This document shows positions 7,745-16,774 of a DNA stretch of 32,843 bases, piece after piece. Made by a program: the position numbers and the translations under genes. Source of the stretch: a virus (taxonomy: Duplodnaviria; Caudoviricetes); the IMG/VR virus record IMGVR_UViG_3300032212_000681, positions 1 to 32,843 of that record, one strand, 5' to 3'. Position 1 is the stretch's first letter. Each line of letters starts with the position of its first letter. The notes beneath the pieces are model-generated. The model was not told where the DNA came from. It worked only from the letters and a program-made list of their open reading frames with translations, and did not search any database.

Positions 7745-9561
7745 TATGTTGACAACTCCAAACCATTTCTTGAGTTAGGGCTAACTAAGACGATTTCTTT
7801 ATTATCTACAGCATCTACTATTGCTGGAATCAATGTATCGAATACATAATCATCCTGCCCTATGACATTACCTTGTATTATTATTTGCGTTGAACCGCCT
7901 CTATTCTCATCACCGCCAGGGTTTATACCGTCACCAATGTCTCTAACAGGATCTAAATTTTGCGGAGCAACACCACCACTTGATGATCCACCTCCTGTTG
8001 TTTCTCCGCCTAATAATGCTGTACCCGCAATTAAACCAACGGATGTATATCCAAGCCCTCTAACGTATGTAGATAAAGAACCTGTAGGGTCTAGTTTCAA
8101 TGCAGCTATCGCGGCGACTTCTGTATTTATTACTGTTTGTGCAATTGCCAAACCCTTTTCAACTGCAAATATTATTCTTGCAGCTTTTTTGTGTTCACCA
8201 GGTAACGCATTAATAAAACCTGAAGCAGCAGAAGCTGTGCTCCCGATACTGCTGATAATCATCTGAGCTTTTTGAAGCTCAATAGTAACAGCGCGATCAG
8301 CAGCTTTTTGACGCTCAATTTCTAATCTTTTATAGTGTTTATTGACTGCTAGTATTTCATTTGCAAGATCTTCATCGGTAAGACCTAAAACACCCGGTAT
8401 GGTACCGCCTTTTTCGCTTCCACCTTCACCGCCACCGCGTAAATTTGTAATGCTGATTGCAGCAGTGTCAGCACCTTCACGAATAGCGCTAAAAAATTCT
8501 CTCACTCCTTCCGAGGGCATTTCTTGCGTTACCAATGAGGCAAGTTCTTGTTTTGCAGCTATCAGAGACTGAACCGAGTTTGTAGTTGCGTCTTGTAAAA
8601 ATTGAATAGGCTCTAAATCAATTCCAGGAATTAAATTTCCTATTTGCCGCCACCCATCAACAGCCTGATTAATGCTAAGCGTAACCGCTGAACCAAAACC
8701 AAGAACGATGACTTCAAGCCCTTTCCAGACAACATGTAGGCCTCGCGCAACATCAGAAACTTTAGATAAACCTAAAACCGTTCCCTCTGTTGCATTTAAA
8801 GCAATTTCACCAAATCCCCCGGCGTCTTTTGCTATTCCTACAAACTCATTAGCAGCGGACTCAATGAACGGAGCCAATTCAACAGCTGCAGCTTGACCAG
8901 CTCCTTTAAATACAGCCGATGCTCTCGTCATTGCATCATTAGCTGCCTCTACTTTTGCGGCATCAATTCGACTAATGGCAATTCCGAGCTGCTCAGCTTC
9001 TTTGCCTGCCTCATTTAAGCCTTTTGAACCAAGCGCCAGGGTGTTAACCAATGCAACACCTTCAGAATCGAAAAACTTAAAAGCAAGCCTTACTTTTTCT
9101 GACTGTTGATCAACGCTTTCCATCGCTGTTGCAATTTCGCGAAAAGATTTATCAGGAGATTGTGCTGCAAGTTTTTGAGCGTCTAATCCCAACTGTTCAA
9201 TAGCCGCCTTTGCTTCACCACCGCCTTGCGCCGCTTCAGCTAGTCGCCTGGTCATACGCTGCAAAGCCATGTCCATAGTTCCGGCACTAACACCGGTTAA
9301 CTCTGCGGCATGTCTTAAACCTGCAAGCTTTTCAGTCGCTATTCCTAATTTATCAGATGTTTTTGCAAGCGCATCAACCGACTCTAAAGATGACTTAACA
9401 AGAAACCCAAAACCTCCAGCTCCAGCAAGCCCAATAACTGCATTACGAACAGAAATAACAGACGATCCAAACCCTTTAAGCGAAGATTTAGCCGTCTTCA
9501 TTCCCTTTACAAATTCAGCAGGATTTGCTGATATTTTTACTTTGTAATTAGGGCTGGTCAT
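7744..9561 (-). CDS. Tail tape measure protein
   Basis: Ala/Gly-rich helical protein; DALAKTSDKLGIATEKLAGLRHAAELTGV pattern; follows the tail chaperones. Confidence 0.88.
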   Translation of the reverse strand: MTSPNYKVKISANPAEFVKGMKTAKSSLKGFGSSVISVRNAVIGLAGAGGFGFLVKSSLESVDALAKTSDKLGIATEKLAGLRHAAELTGVSAGTMDMALQRMTRRLAEAAQGGGEAKAAIEQLGLDAQKLAAQSPDKSFREIATAMESVDQQSEKVRLAFKFFDSEGVALVNTLALGSKGLNEAGKEAEQLGIAISRIDAAKVEAANDAMTRASAVFKGAGQAAAVELAPFIESAANEFVGIAKDAGGFGEIALNATEGTVLGLSKVSDVARGLHVVWKGLEVIVLGFGSAVTLSINQAVDGWRQIGNLIPGIDLEPIQFLQDATTNSVQSLIAAKQELASLVTQEMPSEGVREFFSAIREGADTAAISITNLRGGGEGGSEKGGTIPGVLGLTDEDLANEILAVNKHYKRLEIERQKAADRAVTIELQKAQMIISSIGSTASAASGFINALPGEHKKAARIIFAVEKGLAIAQTVINTEVAAIAALKLDPTGSLSTYVRGLGYTSVGLIAGTALLGGETTGGGSSSGGVAPQNLDPVRDIGDGINPGGDENRGGSTQIIIQGNVIGQDDYVFDTLIPAIVDAVDNKEIVLVSPNSRNGLELST

Positions 9562-9874
9562 TGTATTTGCTCTTAAATGCGTTTAATAGACGACTACTTA
9601 ATCCTTCAGATTTAATTTTTTTATCTGCGTAAGGCATGAAGTCAATAATTTGTTTTGCTGGTAATTTACCGCGATTAATGTTGTAAAGCAATGTTGTTAA
9701 CATTGCTATTAGTTGGTCTAATCGCTCATCACCTATAGGAGAGATACGATCAAAAGCCATCCATTCTGTTAGCTCTTTACTGGTGATTGATTTTTGAAGA
9801 TATTTAACCGTACAACCCAACCTAAGCGCCAATTTAAAAAGAAAAAGACGTTCAGGTCGGGCCTTTAGTTTTTT
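9548..9874 (-). CDS. Tail assembly chaperone, gpT-like frame (expressed as G-T fusion by -1 frameshift)
   Basis: The -1 frame is open from the slippery site: LKARPERLFLFKLALRLGCTV...ELTEWMAFDRISPIGDERLD, a typical gpT-like sequence. Confidence 0.8.
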   Translation of the reverse strand, partial: KKLKARPERLFLFKLALRLGCTVKYLQKSITSKELTEWMAFDRISPIGDERLDQLIAMLTTLLYNINRGKLPAKQIIDFMPYADKKIKSEGLSSRLLNAFKSKYNDQP

Positions 9875-10200
9875 ATTTCTTTCTCGATATTTTCCAGACT
9901 GTTCAACTTCATGACTGCGGTATATATACGATTAAGTGGTTTACAACTTTTCTTACCAAGGTCTTCAATTTCATCCTTACTAAATATAAGCGAACCTTTG
10001 ACATCTACTATTGATAAAGCTGCCGCTGTTGCACGTATACTTGTACTGTTTGAGGACGACTGATTTGTAAGTACAGCTTCAAACTGTTCTCGTATTACCC
10101 CATTCATTGAGGCTATTGTTACATCGCCGCCCCATTCAGGAACTTTTACAACTTTTGTTACGATGTCTTCAGATTTTAAAATTTGATCTTTAGTTAGCAT
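9865..10200 (-). CDS. Tail assembly chaperone, gpG-like
   Basis: MLTKDQIL...VKVPEWGGDV motif, ends in KN-stop, between tail tube and tape measure; alternative start at 10209. Confidence 0.82.
   Translation of the reverse strand: MLTKDQILKSEDIVTKVVKVPEWGGDVTIASMNGVIREQFEAVLTNQSSSNSTSIRATAAALSIVDVKGSLIFSKDEIEDLGKKSCKPLNRIYTAVMKLNSLENIEKEIKN
9868..9874 (-). other. -1 programmed ribosomal frameshift site A AAA AAC
   Basis: Minus strand ATA AAA AAC TAA at the end of the gpG-like gene; X XXY YYZ heptamer; a -1 shift enters the gpT-like frame. Confidence 0.85.
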
Positions 10201-10202
10201 GG

Positions 10203-10616
10203 TTACCATCCAGTTACAGGGCCAGAGATTTCAAGCGTAACGCTTGCACCTACTTTGTCATCAACACCACCCTGGATTGAAACACTAAGCACATATGCAG
10301 AAAACGAAATAACAGTAGATGCAACATCGTTTAATGCAATTTGAAAGTTTCTTAGTGTTCGAGCTGCACGATCTGCGCGTAAACCGGTTTGCTCTGTATC
10401 GGCTGTGTCAAGATTAGCTTCAAAAGTAAACTGTCCTTCGTCCATTAAGCCCATGCGCTTTTCTTTTGCTAATGATCCAAGATGCGTAGTATCTATCACA
10501 GACGCGCTACCACCTGGCCCTTGAAAACTGATAATTTCACCGATAGGATTAAACGCTTCAGGCCCGCCGCCATCGCCGCGCGAAATAACCGTACCTTGTG
10601 TTTCTATACTTGCCAT
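10203..10616 (-). CDS. Major tail tube protein
   Basis: IDTTHLGS-AKEKRMGLMDEGQFTF and LEISGPV motifs of siphovirus tail tube proteins. Confidence 0.88.
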   Translation of the reverse strand: MASIETQGTVISRGDGGGPEAFNPIGEIISFQGPGGSASVIDTTHLGSLAKEKRMGLMDEGQFTFEANLDTADTEQTGLRADRAARTLRNFQIALNDVASTVISFSAYVLSVSIQGGVDDKVGASVTLEISGPVTGW

Positions 10617-10627
10617 TTTTTATTTCC

Positions 10628-11065
10628 TCATGCTGGTTGTTCCGCGTCTGTCTCCAGAACACGATAAATTATGTTGTAATTCATTATTCCTAACGCGGTT
10701 GGTTGATTCGTTCCGCCTTCTAACTGAATATCAATACCCTGATATTGAATATCTTTAGAAATTCCACCTAAAGTAATATCTGCTGAAACTGCTGCTTCGA
10801 CTTCAGCACTAATTTGATCGATTTTGTCATCTACATCTGTAGATTCTTTTGCTCTAATTTCAATTGTTAATAACAACTCTCTACGAGATGATCGAGGAAA
10901 ACTTAAAGAATCATACTCAGCCGTTTCTTCTTTTGTATATACAGATAAACATGGCAATATATCGTATGGATACACTCTAGACTGATACACATTTTCGCCC
11001 GTTGTAGTCAAACCACTAATAACCGTTGCTAACGATTCTCTTATCTGTTGTCTGATATGCGTCAT
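10628..11065 (-). CDS. Tail terminator-like protein (gpU position)
   Basis: Acidic 145 aa, MTHIRQQIRE...VYQSRVYP...LPCLSVY; immediately before the tail tube. Confidence 0.65.
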   Translation of the reverse strand: MTHIRQQIRESLATVISGLTTTGENVYQSRVYPYDILPCLSVYTKEETAEYDSLSFPRSSRRELLLTIEIRAKESTDVDDKIDQISAEVEAAVSADITLGGISKDIQYQGIDIQLEGGTNQPTALGIMNYNIIYRVLETDAEQPA

Positions 11066-11359
11066 TTATACTTCACTCAATGAAAGCGTTGTTACACCTG
11101 TGCCATCATTTTTAATATTTTCAATGGTAAAATTAACACTGTTGATTGTTGCAACAGTTCCACGACCAACAGCCGGAACAATGTCATAAAGATCTGAAGC
11201 AGCACACGTAAACACTGGAGATGTTCCTATCACATCAAGACCGTCCAGGTATTCATTATCAAACACGCCCAAAACTGAAACTGATTCAATTAATGCGACA
11301 TCTGCTAATTCCGTAAGCGAAAACATTTCTTGTAAATCTGATGCGGGTATTGTTGGCAT
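11066..11359 (-). CDS. Head-tail joining protein (gpFII-like head closure)
   Basis: GVFDNEY and C-terminal DGTGVTTLSL motifs typical of lambda FII-like proteins; 97 aa. Confidence 0.72.
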   Translation of the reverse strand: MPTIPASDLQEMFSLTELADVALIESVSVLGVFDNEYLDGLDVIGTSPVFTCAASDLYDIVPAVGRGTVATINSVNFTIENIKNDGTGVTTLSLSEV

Positions 11360-11377
11360 TTATTTTCTTTCAGGTAT

Positions 11378-11403
11378 AAAAAAAGGCCGCATATCGTGAC
11401 CTT
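11378..11403 (-). terminator. Weak intrinsic terminator after the PhoD-like gene
   Basis: Minus strand AAGGTCAC-GATAT-GCGGCC-T7; imperfect stem. Confidence 0.4.
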
Positions 11404-11431
11404 AGTTAATTAATTTTGTTTCGCTCTTAAA

Positions 11432-12805
11432 TCACGAAACAACCGTATTTTTTTTACTATAAGTTAATTTATTTTCACCTTTCATAACACGACCAGTCCA
11501 CCACTCTCGCCCATCCGCTAATACAATTTTAGCCTCAATGTATGCGCCATCAGCGGGCACTTCCATCACGCCAAAATTTCGCATCTCAGGCCGCGTATTC
11601 GTTGCTAAAATATTACTGGATGTTCCCGCATTGCCTTGACCAGTATTGACTGATTGAACTGTATAGGTGCCGCCAATACCACTATCCCTCACACCGTCAT
11701 TATCTTTTTGTGAGGGGCATGCGCAGACTTCAACATGATCATAGACAGCACCATTTACACCATCAAATGCGGCATGGACACTCGGCGTATGATAATCACC
11801 CGTACCCCAAATAACACCACCGGGTACAAGCCAATCAGTAGCTGCATGTATAAACGGTGCCAAATTTAAATTAAATTCATCAAAGTATGAAAAGAATCCG
11901 TCACTGTTTGTAAACTCGGCCGTTAAAGTCATTTTTGGACTAAGAATGATTTTAAATGTTTTAGTTGAATTTTTAAGCCTGTCTTTTAACCAGGCAACTT
12001 GCTTTGATCCCATCATTGTATTTGATGCACCAAAATCAGGTCGCACTAATCGCGTTGCATCCGTTGGATCACGCCCCCATACACATTGCGCTAATACAAA
12101 TACCTCTGCATGCTCCCCTAAATCAAACCTGAAATAAAATGCGCCTGTATCAATACCCGAATCAGTATTGTTCGGGTTTCCTATATTGTATATTTCTGTT
12201 GACTCTGCACCCGCATCTATAACCGCTTGCATATCCGCTGTATTTGTAACCGTTGGACCAATCGCATTTTGAAAATTAACCAAAGACCACCGACAGTCAT
12301 TAATTCCATACTCATGATCATCATGCATTATATAAAAAGGTGCTTTGTTTATCGCATATCGCTTTGTTGGTGATTCACGTGTACCCCGCGCTCGCCCGTT
12401 ATACAAACTAACATCGGTGGCAGTCGTTAAATTAACATTCACTGTCCCTTCGTAATACTCTTCATCGCCTATGCACACCAGCGCATGTAGATCATACAAA
12501 CCTGTTGTATACAAACAGTCATAACTACCACTCGAACAGCTAAACCAGCCCAACCTTGAAACACCATCGCTTTGCGTCTTCAATGTGCCGGTTGCTGATT
12601 CATCTTGCGTAGTAACACTAAATTCATAACTTTTACCCGGCTCTAATCCGCTTACATCAAAACGCACCAGACCATCTTTAACGGCGCTATTTATGGTTTT
12701 AATATAGGTAACACCGTTACATATTAACCTCGCCTCACCATTGCTAGTGCCTCGAACAATAACCGATGCACTGGTTTGTGTTGCTTCTCCAAGATATTTG
12801 AACAT
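11432..12805 (-). CDS. phoD: Alkaline phosphatase D (PhoD)-family metallophosphoesterase with no signal peptide
   Basis: N-terminal FN3-like VSGLEPGKSYEF; motifs FSC, IGDEEYYE, HDDHEYGIND, MGSKQVAWLKDRL, TGDYH and RNFGVMEV in PhoD order. Confidence 0.82.
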   Translation of the reverse strand: MFKYLGEATQTSASVIVRGTSNGEARLICNGVTYIKTINSAVKDGLVRFDVSGLEPGKSYEFSVTTQDESATGTLKTQSDGVSRLGWFSCSSGSYDCLYTTGLYDLHALVCIGDEEYYEGTVNVNLTTATDVSLYNGRARGTRESPTKRYAINKAPFYIMHDDHEYGINDCRWSLVNFQNAIGPTVTNTADMQAVIDAGAESTEIYNIGNPNNTDSGIDTGAFYFRFDLGEHAEVFVLAQCVWGRDPTDATRLVRPDFGASNTMMGSKQVAWLKDRLKNSTKTFKIILSPKMTLTAEFTNSDGFFSYFDEFNLNLAPFIHAATDWLVPGGVIWGTGDYHTPSVHAAFDGVNGAVYDHVEVCACPSQKDNDGVRDSGIGGTYTVQSVNTGQGNAGTSSNILATNTRPEMRNFGVMEVPADGAYIEAKIVLADGREWWTGRVMKGENKLTYSKKNTVVS

Positions 12806-13618
12806 TCACACGCCTATGTCATAAAGTGATTTAAGCATTTCCCATCGGTTGCCCTCATACTCGGTTGCAATTCGACCGGCATAGGGGCGTAAATCCTGAG
12901 GGGTCCGTATTACCAACACATCATCGAATAATATACCCGCTGTAAGTTGTTGTGTGTTTGTTCCTGCATCGTTAAAGCGACCGAAAACACTGAAATGACC
13001 TGACACATCATCTTGTGTCAAAGCGATAGATCCAGATTGAAGCTGGACACCTTTACCATAAATAATGGCCTCTAAATCATTTACGCCGTCCCCATAAATC
13101 AACCCCACACAACCCTCCACCGCTCCTGAAATATCGGTAAACTCTGAACCCGCTAAACCTGCAACAGAAACACCTGTTTGACCAATTTCATTAAATCCAA
13201 ATTGTGGTCGCAAATTATTTAAAAATCGAAGCCCCCAACCTTCTGAACCAAATGGATTTCGATAAGCACAGCACATATCATTTCCGGTAGCACCAGCACC
13301 ATTTCCACCATAACGCTGAAACACCATGATGGTGCCGTTTAAATTATCGGTTCTGCAGATATCGGACATATTGTGCGTAAGCTCAACCGCATTATTGCCC
13401 CCGCTTTCAACACTGCCCGATGGGTCGCGTAAATTTGTTGTTGTGCCTGGCACCGTTTCAATATCTGAAAACACACCGCCTGAATCCTTACCCTCACAAA
13501 CAAAAGTCGTCCCTGACTGCTCATTAAACTTTGTGCGAAACCAGTAAGTATCATCAGCAAATGAAAATGATGATCGCGGTGTTATAGCGGGTATGCTCCT
13601 TAGTCGATTACTATACAT
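12806..13618 (-). CDS. Hypothetical beta-rich protein, possibly ConA/LamG-like jelly-roll
   Basis: KFNEQSGTT start, GWGLRF, IYGKG and C-terminal LFDDVLVIR resemble LamG-like domains of phage structural proteins. Confidence 0.5.
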   Translation of the reverse strand: MYSNRLRSIPAITPRSSFSFADDTYWFRTKFNEQSGTTFVCEGKDSGGVFSDIETVPGTTTNLRDPSGSVESGGNNAVELTHNMSDICRTDNLNGTIMVFQRYGGNGAGATGNDMCCAYRNPFGSEGWGLRFLNNLRPQFGFNEIGQTGVSVAGLAGSEFTDISGAVEGCVGLIYGDGVNDLEAIIYGKGVQLQSGSIALTQDDVSGHFSVFGRFNDAGTNTQQLTAGILFDDVLVIRTPQDLRPYAGRIATEYEGNRWEMLKSLYDIGV

Positions 13619-14204
13619 AACTGCGGCCTCCGATTTTCATCAACGCCTCTACACCTGCCGCCCAGGTATTACTTAAAGTAATATCCGCTTTTTTAACAAT
13701 ATCAGACGATAAAAAGTCAAAGGTCAGCATGGCGCTGGTTACATTTGCAAGTACCGATTCATTAGTGTCGATCACATTCCCAGCGGTAACAGTGACATCA
13801 GCAACCCCAACAAAATCAATACGTATTATTGAAGCGGATGATTTTATCGATACCGTTTCTCCAGGCATAACCACTTCACAATCTGGCTGCTTGTTCATAA
13901 GTCTTATCGCTGCAGTTGCATCATCCGGGGCATTTACGGTGAAACGCCCCATGATAACCTCACCGGCAGTCGCTAATAACGATACCTCACTGGTAGCCAC
14001 CGCAGCGATAGTGGGAACAACAGAGGCATCACCTAACTCATCAACCGATACCCAACCGGTAACCCCTCCATACATTTCAAACTTACCGGCTTTATCTGTA
14101 AAATATAAATGACTTCCTATTGTTGCATCCGGTTTTAAATCAGTTGATAAACAACTTTGAACAGAGGTTCCATCCGAACGGACATATAATGTTTCCACAG
14201 ACAT
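13611..14204 (-). CDS. Hypothetical virion-accessory protein
   Basis: GGAGA RBS; N-terminal CLSTDLKP..IGSHLYFTD..KFEMYGG..W resembles short fibre-type modules; the rest is Val/Thr/Ala-rich beta sequence. Confidence 0.55.
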   Translation of the reverse strand: MSVETLYVRSDGTSVQSCLSTDLKPDATIGSHLYFTDKAGKFEMYGGVTGWVSVDELGDASVVPTIAAVATSEVSLLATAGEVIMGRFTVNAPDDATAAIRLMNKQPDCEVVMPGETVSIKSSASIIRIDFVGVADVTVTAGNVIDTNESVLANVTSAMLTFDFLSSDIVKKADITLSNTWAAGVEALMKIGGRSYV

Positions 14205-14220
14205 TTTTTATTCTCCAAAC

Positions 14221-14244
14221 AAAAACCCGCCGAAACGGGTTTTT
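14221..14244. terminator. Intrinsic terminator (bidirectional-looking) after the head genes
   Basis: AAAAACCCG-CCGAAA-CGGGTTTTT. Confidence 0.8.
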
Positions 14245-14268
14245 ATTTATTTCAGCTAACTAAGTTTT

Positions 14269-14634
14269 TTAAGCGACAGAACCAATACGATTAGCAAGCT
14301 GTACTCGCATAGTGGTGACTGTCGCCCCCACGGTTTCCGCTGCAACAGCGGCATTACTGACATCACCAGTCGCAGGGGTTGCCAAATTATCATCAAAGGC
14401 CCCTGCCGACACATCAAGCATAACCGTCTCTCCATGTACAATAACAGCGGCAGATACCTTAGGCACTTCATACTCGCCAGTAAATGACACTGCACCACTG
14501 GCACCAATTGCGATATCAACAGATGCAATAGCCAATTGTTGACCAACGACGACAACATCGCCCGAACTTACCACCGATCCAGATGTGTTTACCCAGGTAC
14601 GCGAATCACCTGGTTGTTTAAAATTATTCATCAC
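14269..14634 (-). CDS. DUF2190-family capsid cement/decoration protein
   Basis: MNNFKQPGD...VSSGDVVVVG...IAIGASG...GEYEVPK; standard position after the protease-capsid fusion. Confidence 0.85.
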   Translation of the reverse strand: MMNNFKQPGDSRTWVNTSGSVVSSGDVVVVGQQLAIASVDIAIGASGAVSFTGEYEVPKVSAAVIVHGETVMLDVSAGAFDDNLATPATGDVSNAAVAAETVGATVTTMRVQLANRIGSVA

Positions 14635-14668
14635 TCGCTTCCTCTTATATTGAGATATAAATTTAATT

Positions 14669-14704
14669 TAAATCAGATCATTAGCAATAACATGATCTGA
14701 TTTA
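14669..14704. repeat. Perfect 13-bp inverted repeat after the capsid gene
   Basis: TAAATCAGATCAT-N10-ATGATCTGATTTA. Confidence 0.75.
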
Positions 14705-14716
14705 TGAGCACCTTAT

Positions 14717-16774
14717 TTACACACCCGGATTTTTATGTGCACCACGATAATCAATGGCCCCTACACCAAAAGGCAGCTCAACTTTCATCGCAATACCAGA
14801 GGTGCGGAAGTTTTCTTCTTCAACCACACGTGGCTCACGTTGACCATTAAGAAATACCACTTCGATGACAGGTGCTACCGATGGGTTACCAAACAAATAC
14901 CAGGCGGTTTTATTTGTTAATCGCGGCGAATCAATCACATCACTGACCAGGCCACGCACCATATTTGGTTTTTGTAACTTATTGGCTGTATCGGGATCAT
15001 ATTGCGCATCATTAATAACTCGCATGGTGCCGCCTAATGCCGTATTACACAGCGATACATCTGGCATGATATCCAACAGTTCCGCATCTTCACCCGGCGC
15101 TGTTTGCTCTGCCATTGATACACGCCCCGCATCCAGTGTGGCCACAGATGGAACCGCACCCGACGCCGCAAGATTGTTATGACTTGCATGAAATAGTGCC
15201 ACACCATCACTCATCAATGGATTACTTTCCAGCAATGAAAATACCGCACGGTCAATAGAACGTTGGCCAGCACCGCCCAGGCTAATAGCCATGTCATTGA
15301 TGTAGCCTGTATCATCGTTTACGATAATTTCAGGCGTAATATTAATGATGTTGCCTTTACGAGTTGCTGTAACTGAATTTTTCACACCGTCGGGTATGTT
15401 CTTATTTAAATACTCACCGTGTTCATTAACCCCATCAAGGTTACCAATTAAGCCCGGCACAATTCGACCCCAGGCACGAAAATCAGTTACATCACCAATC
15501 TTGCAAAAGCGTTGCCATTTAGCTTGTGCCGCATTGAATCCGGTTAACACTAATTTGTGCAGTGTGTTTTCTAAAATAACCGGGAAATCACTGGTGGTTT
15601 GTGCGCCGCGCACAACGCCACGTGATAACGCTTTTTCTGCACGCTCAAGTGTTGACATACCTCGTATATTTAAACCTGCCGCTTCACAGCAGGCACCCGC
15701 CATTTCACTCATTGTCATACCACGGTAAGGGTTTGCACCATCCGCTTGATCTTTACCGACACGCGCGAGGATGGCGCTACTCATACCCGCGACCGTTTTA
15801 TCACGCGCATCCTCTAATATTTCCATTCGACCTGCCCCTTGAGGTGATAAAGGCTCAACACCCTCACCTAATTTGGCGAGCAATTTATCACCGGCAACTT
15901 GCGCCGTGATATTCACATCATCTATTACGCTATCAAGCAATGCGTGCACGCCATCATGTTCGATAAAGGGCGCATAGGCCGCTCGAATTGTTTTGTTTCG
16001 TGCACTGATTCGCGCATGCACGTCTGTGTCTGATGGTGCAACTTCAACACTAACAGGTGCTGCAGACTGAACAGGTTCAACTACTTGTGCGACAGGTTCT
16101 GGCTGTGCCGCCGGTTTTACCTTTTGCTTAGGCATAACTATTTCCTCTTTTGATTTAATAAATGCAGCGGCTGCCGCAGGTAGGTTTTGGTAGCGTGACA
16201 AATTCAAAGAAGCCGCGACTTGTACCGGCTCTGTTGTTTCATCAACATACCCATCAGCCATGGCATCATCTGCCGTTAGCCAATGATCTGCACCATCACG
16301 GAGTAATGGTAAAATTTCTTCAACTGATTTACTTGTTTTGCGCGCATAGCTGGTCGCCATCGATGATGCGTAGGTATCCAGTACATCTGCATAATCACGT
16401 ATCTCTTTAGAATTACCAGCAACGCCGCCCCAGGGCGCATGGATCATTAACAGGGCATTTTCGGCCATATAAACCATGTCACCAGCCATCGCAATTAAAC
16501 TGGCAATGGAGGCCGCTATACCATCTATGTATACATTGATCACTGCATCATGCCTGCGAAGCGCGTTATAGATAGCAATACCATCGGTCACGCTGCCACC
16601 ATAAGAGTTGATACGTACATTGATTTCACTGGATTCAATTTGCTGAAGTTCACGTACCAGATCAACTGCAGCAACACTCTCCCCCCACCAGCTTTCGCCT
16701 ATGTCACCATAAATTAAAACTTCTGCGGGTTTATCATCTTGCATGGCACGAATTTGATAAAATTTATTCGGCAT
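14717..16774 (-). CDS. ClpP-like prohead protease / major capsid protein fusion
   Basis: ClpP motifs RINSYGGSV, GIAASIAS and LMIHAPW; Pro/Ala linker; capsid part TTSDFPVILEN...GAIDYRG. Start 16774 has a GAGGA RBS (ORF open from 16819). Confidence 0.92.
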   Translation of the reverse strand: MPNKFYQIRAMQDDKPAEVLIYGDIGESWWGESVAAVDLVRELQQIESSEINVRINSYGGSVTDGIAIYNALRRHDAVINVYIDGIAASIASLIAMAGDMVYMAENALLMIHAPWGGVAGNSKEIRDYADVLDTYASSMATSYARKTSKSVEEILPLLRDGADHWLTADDAMADGYVDETTEPVQVAASLNLSRYQNLPAAAAAFIKSKEEIVMPKQKVKPAAQPEPVAQVVEPVQSAAPVSVEVAPSDTDVHARISARNKTIRAAYAPFIEHDGVHALLDSVIDDVNITAQVAGDKLLAKLGEGVEPLSPQGAGRMEILEDARDKTVAGMSSAILARVGKDQADGANPYRGMTMSEMAGACCEAAGLNIRGMSTLERAEKALSRGVVRGAQTTSDFPVILENTLHKLVLTGFNAAQAKWQRFCKIGDVTDFRAWGRIVPGLIGNLDGVNEHGEYLNKNIPDGVKNSVTATRKGNIINITPEIIVNDDTGYINDMAISLGGAGQRSIDRAVFSLLESNPLMSDGVALFHASHNNLAASGAVPSVATLDAGRVSMAEQTAPGEDAELLDIMPDVSLCNTALGGTMRVINDAQYDPDTANKLQKPNMVRGLVSDVIDSPRLTNKTAWYLFGNPSVAPVIEVVFLNGQREPRVVEEENFRTSGIAMKVELPFGVGAIDYRGAHKNPGV

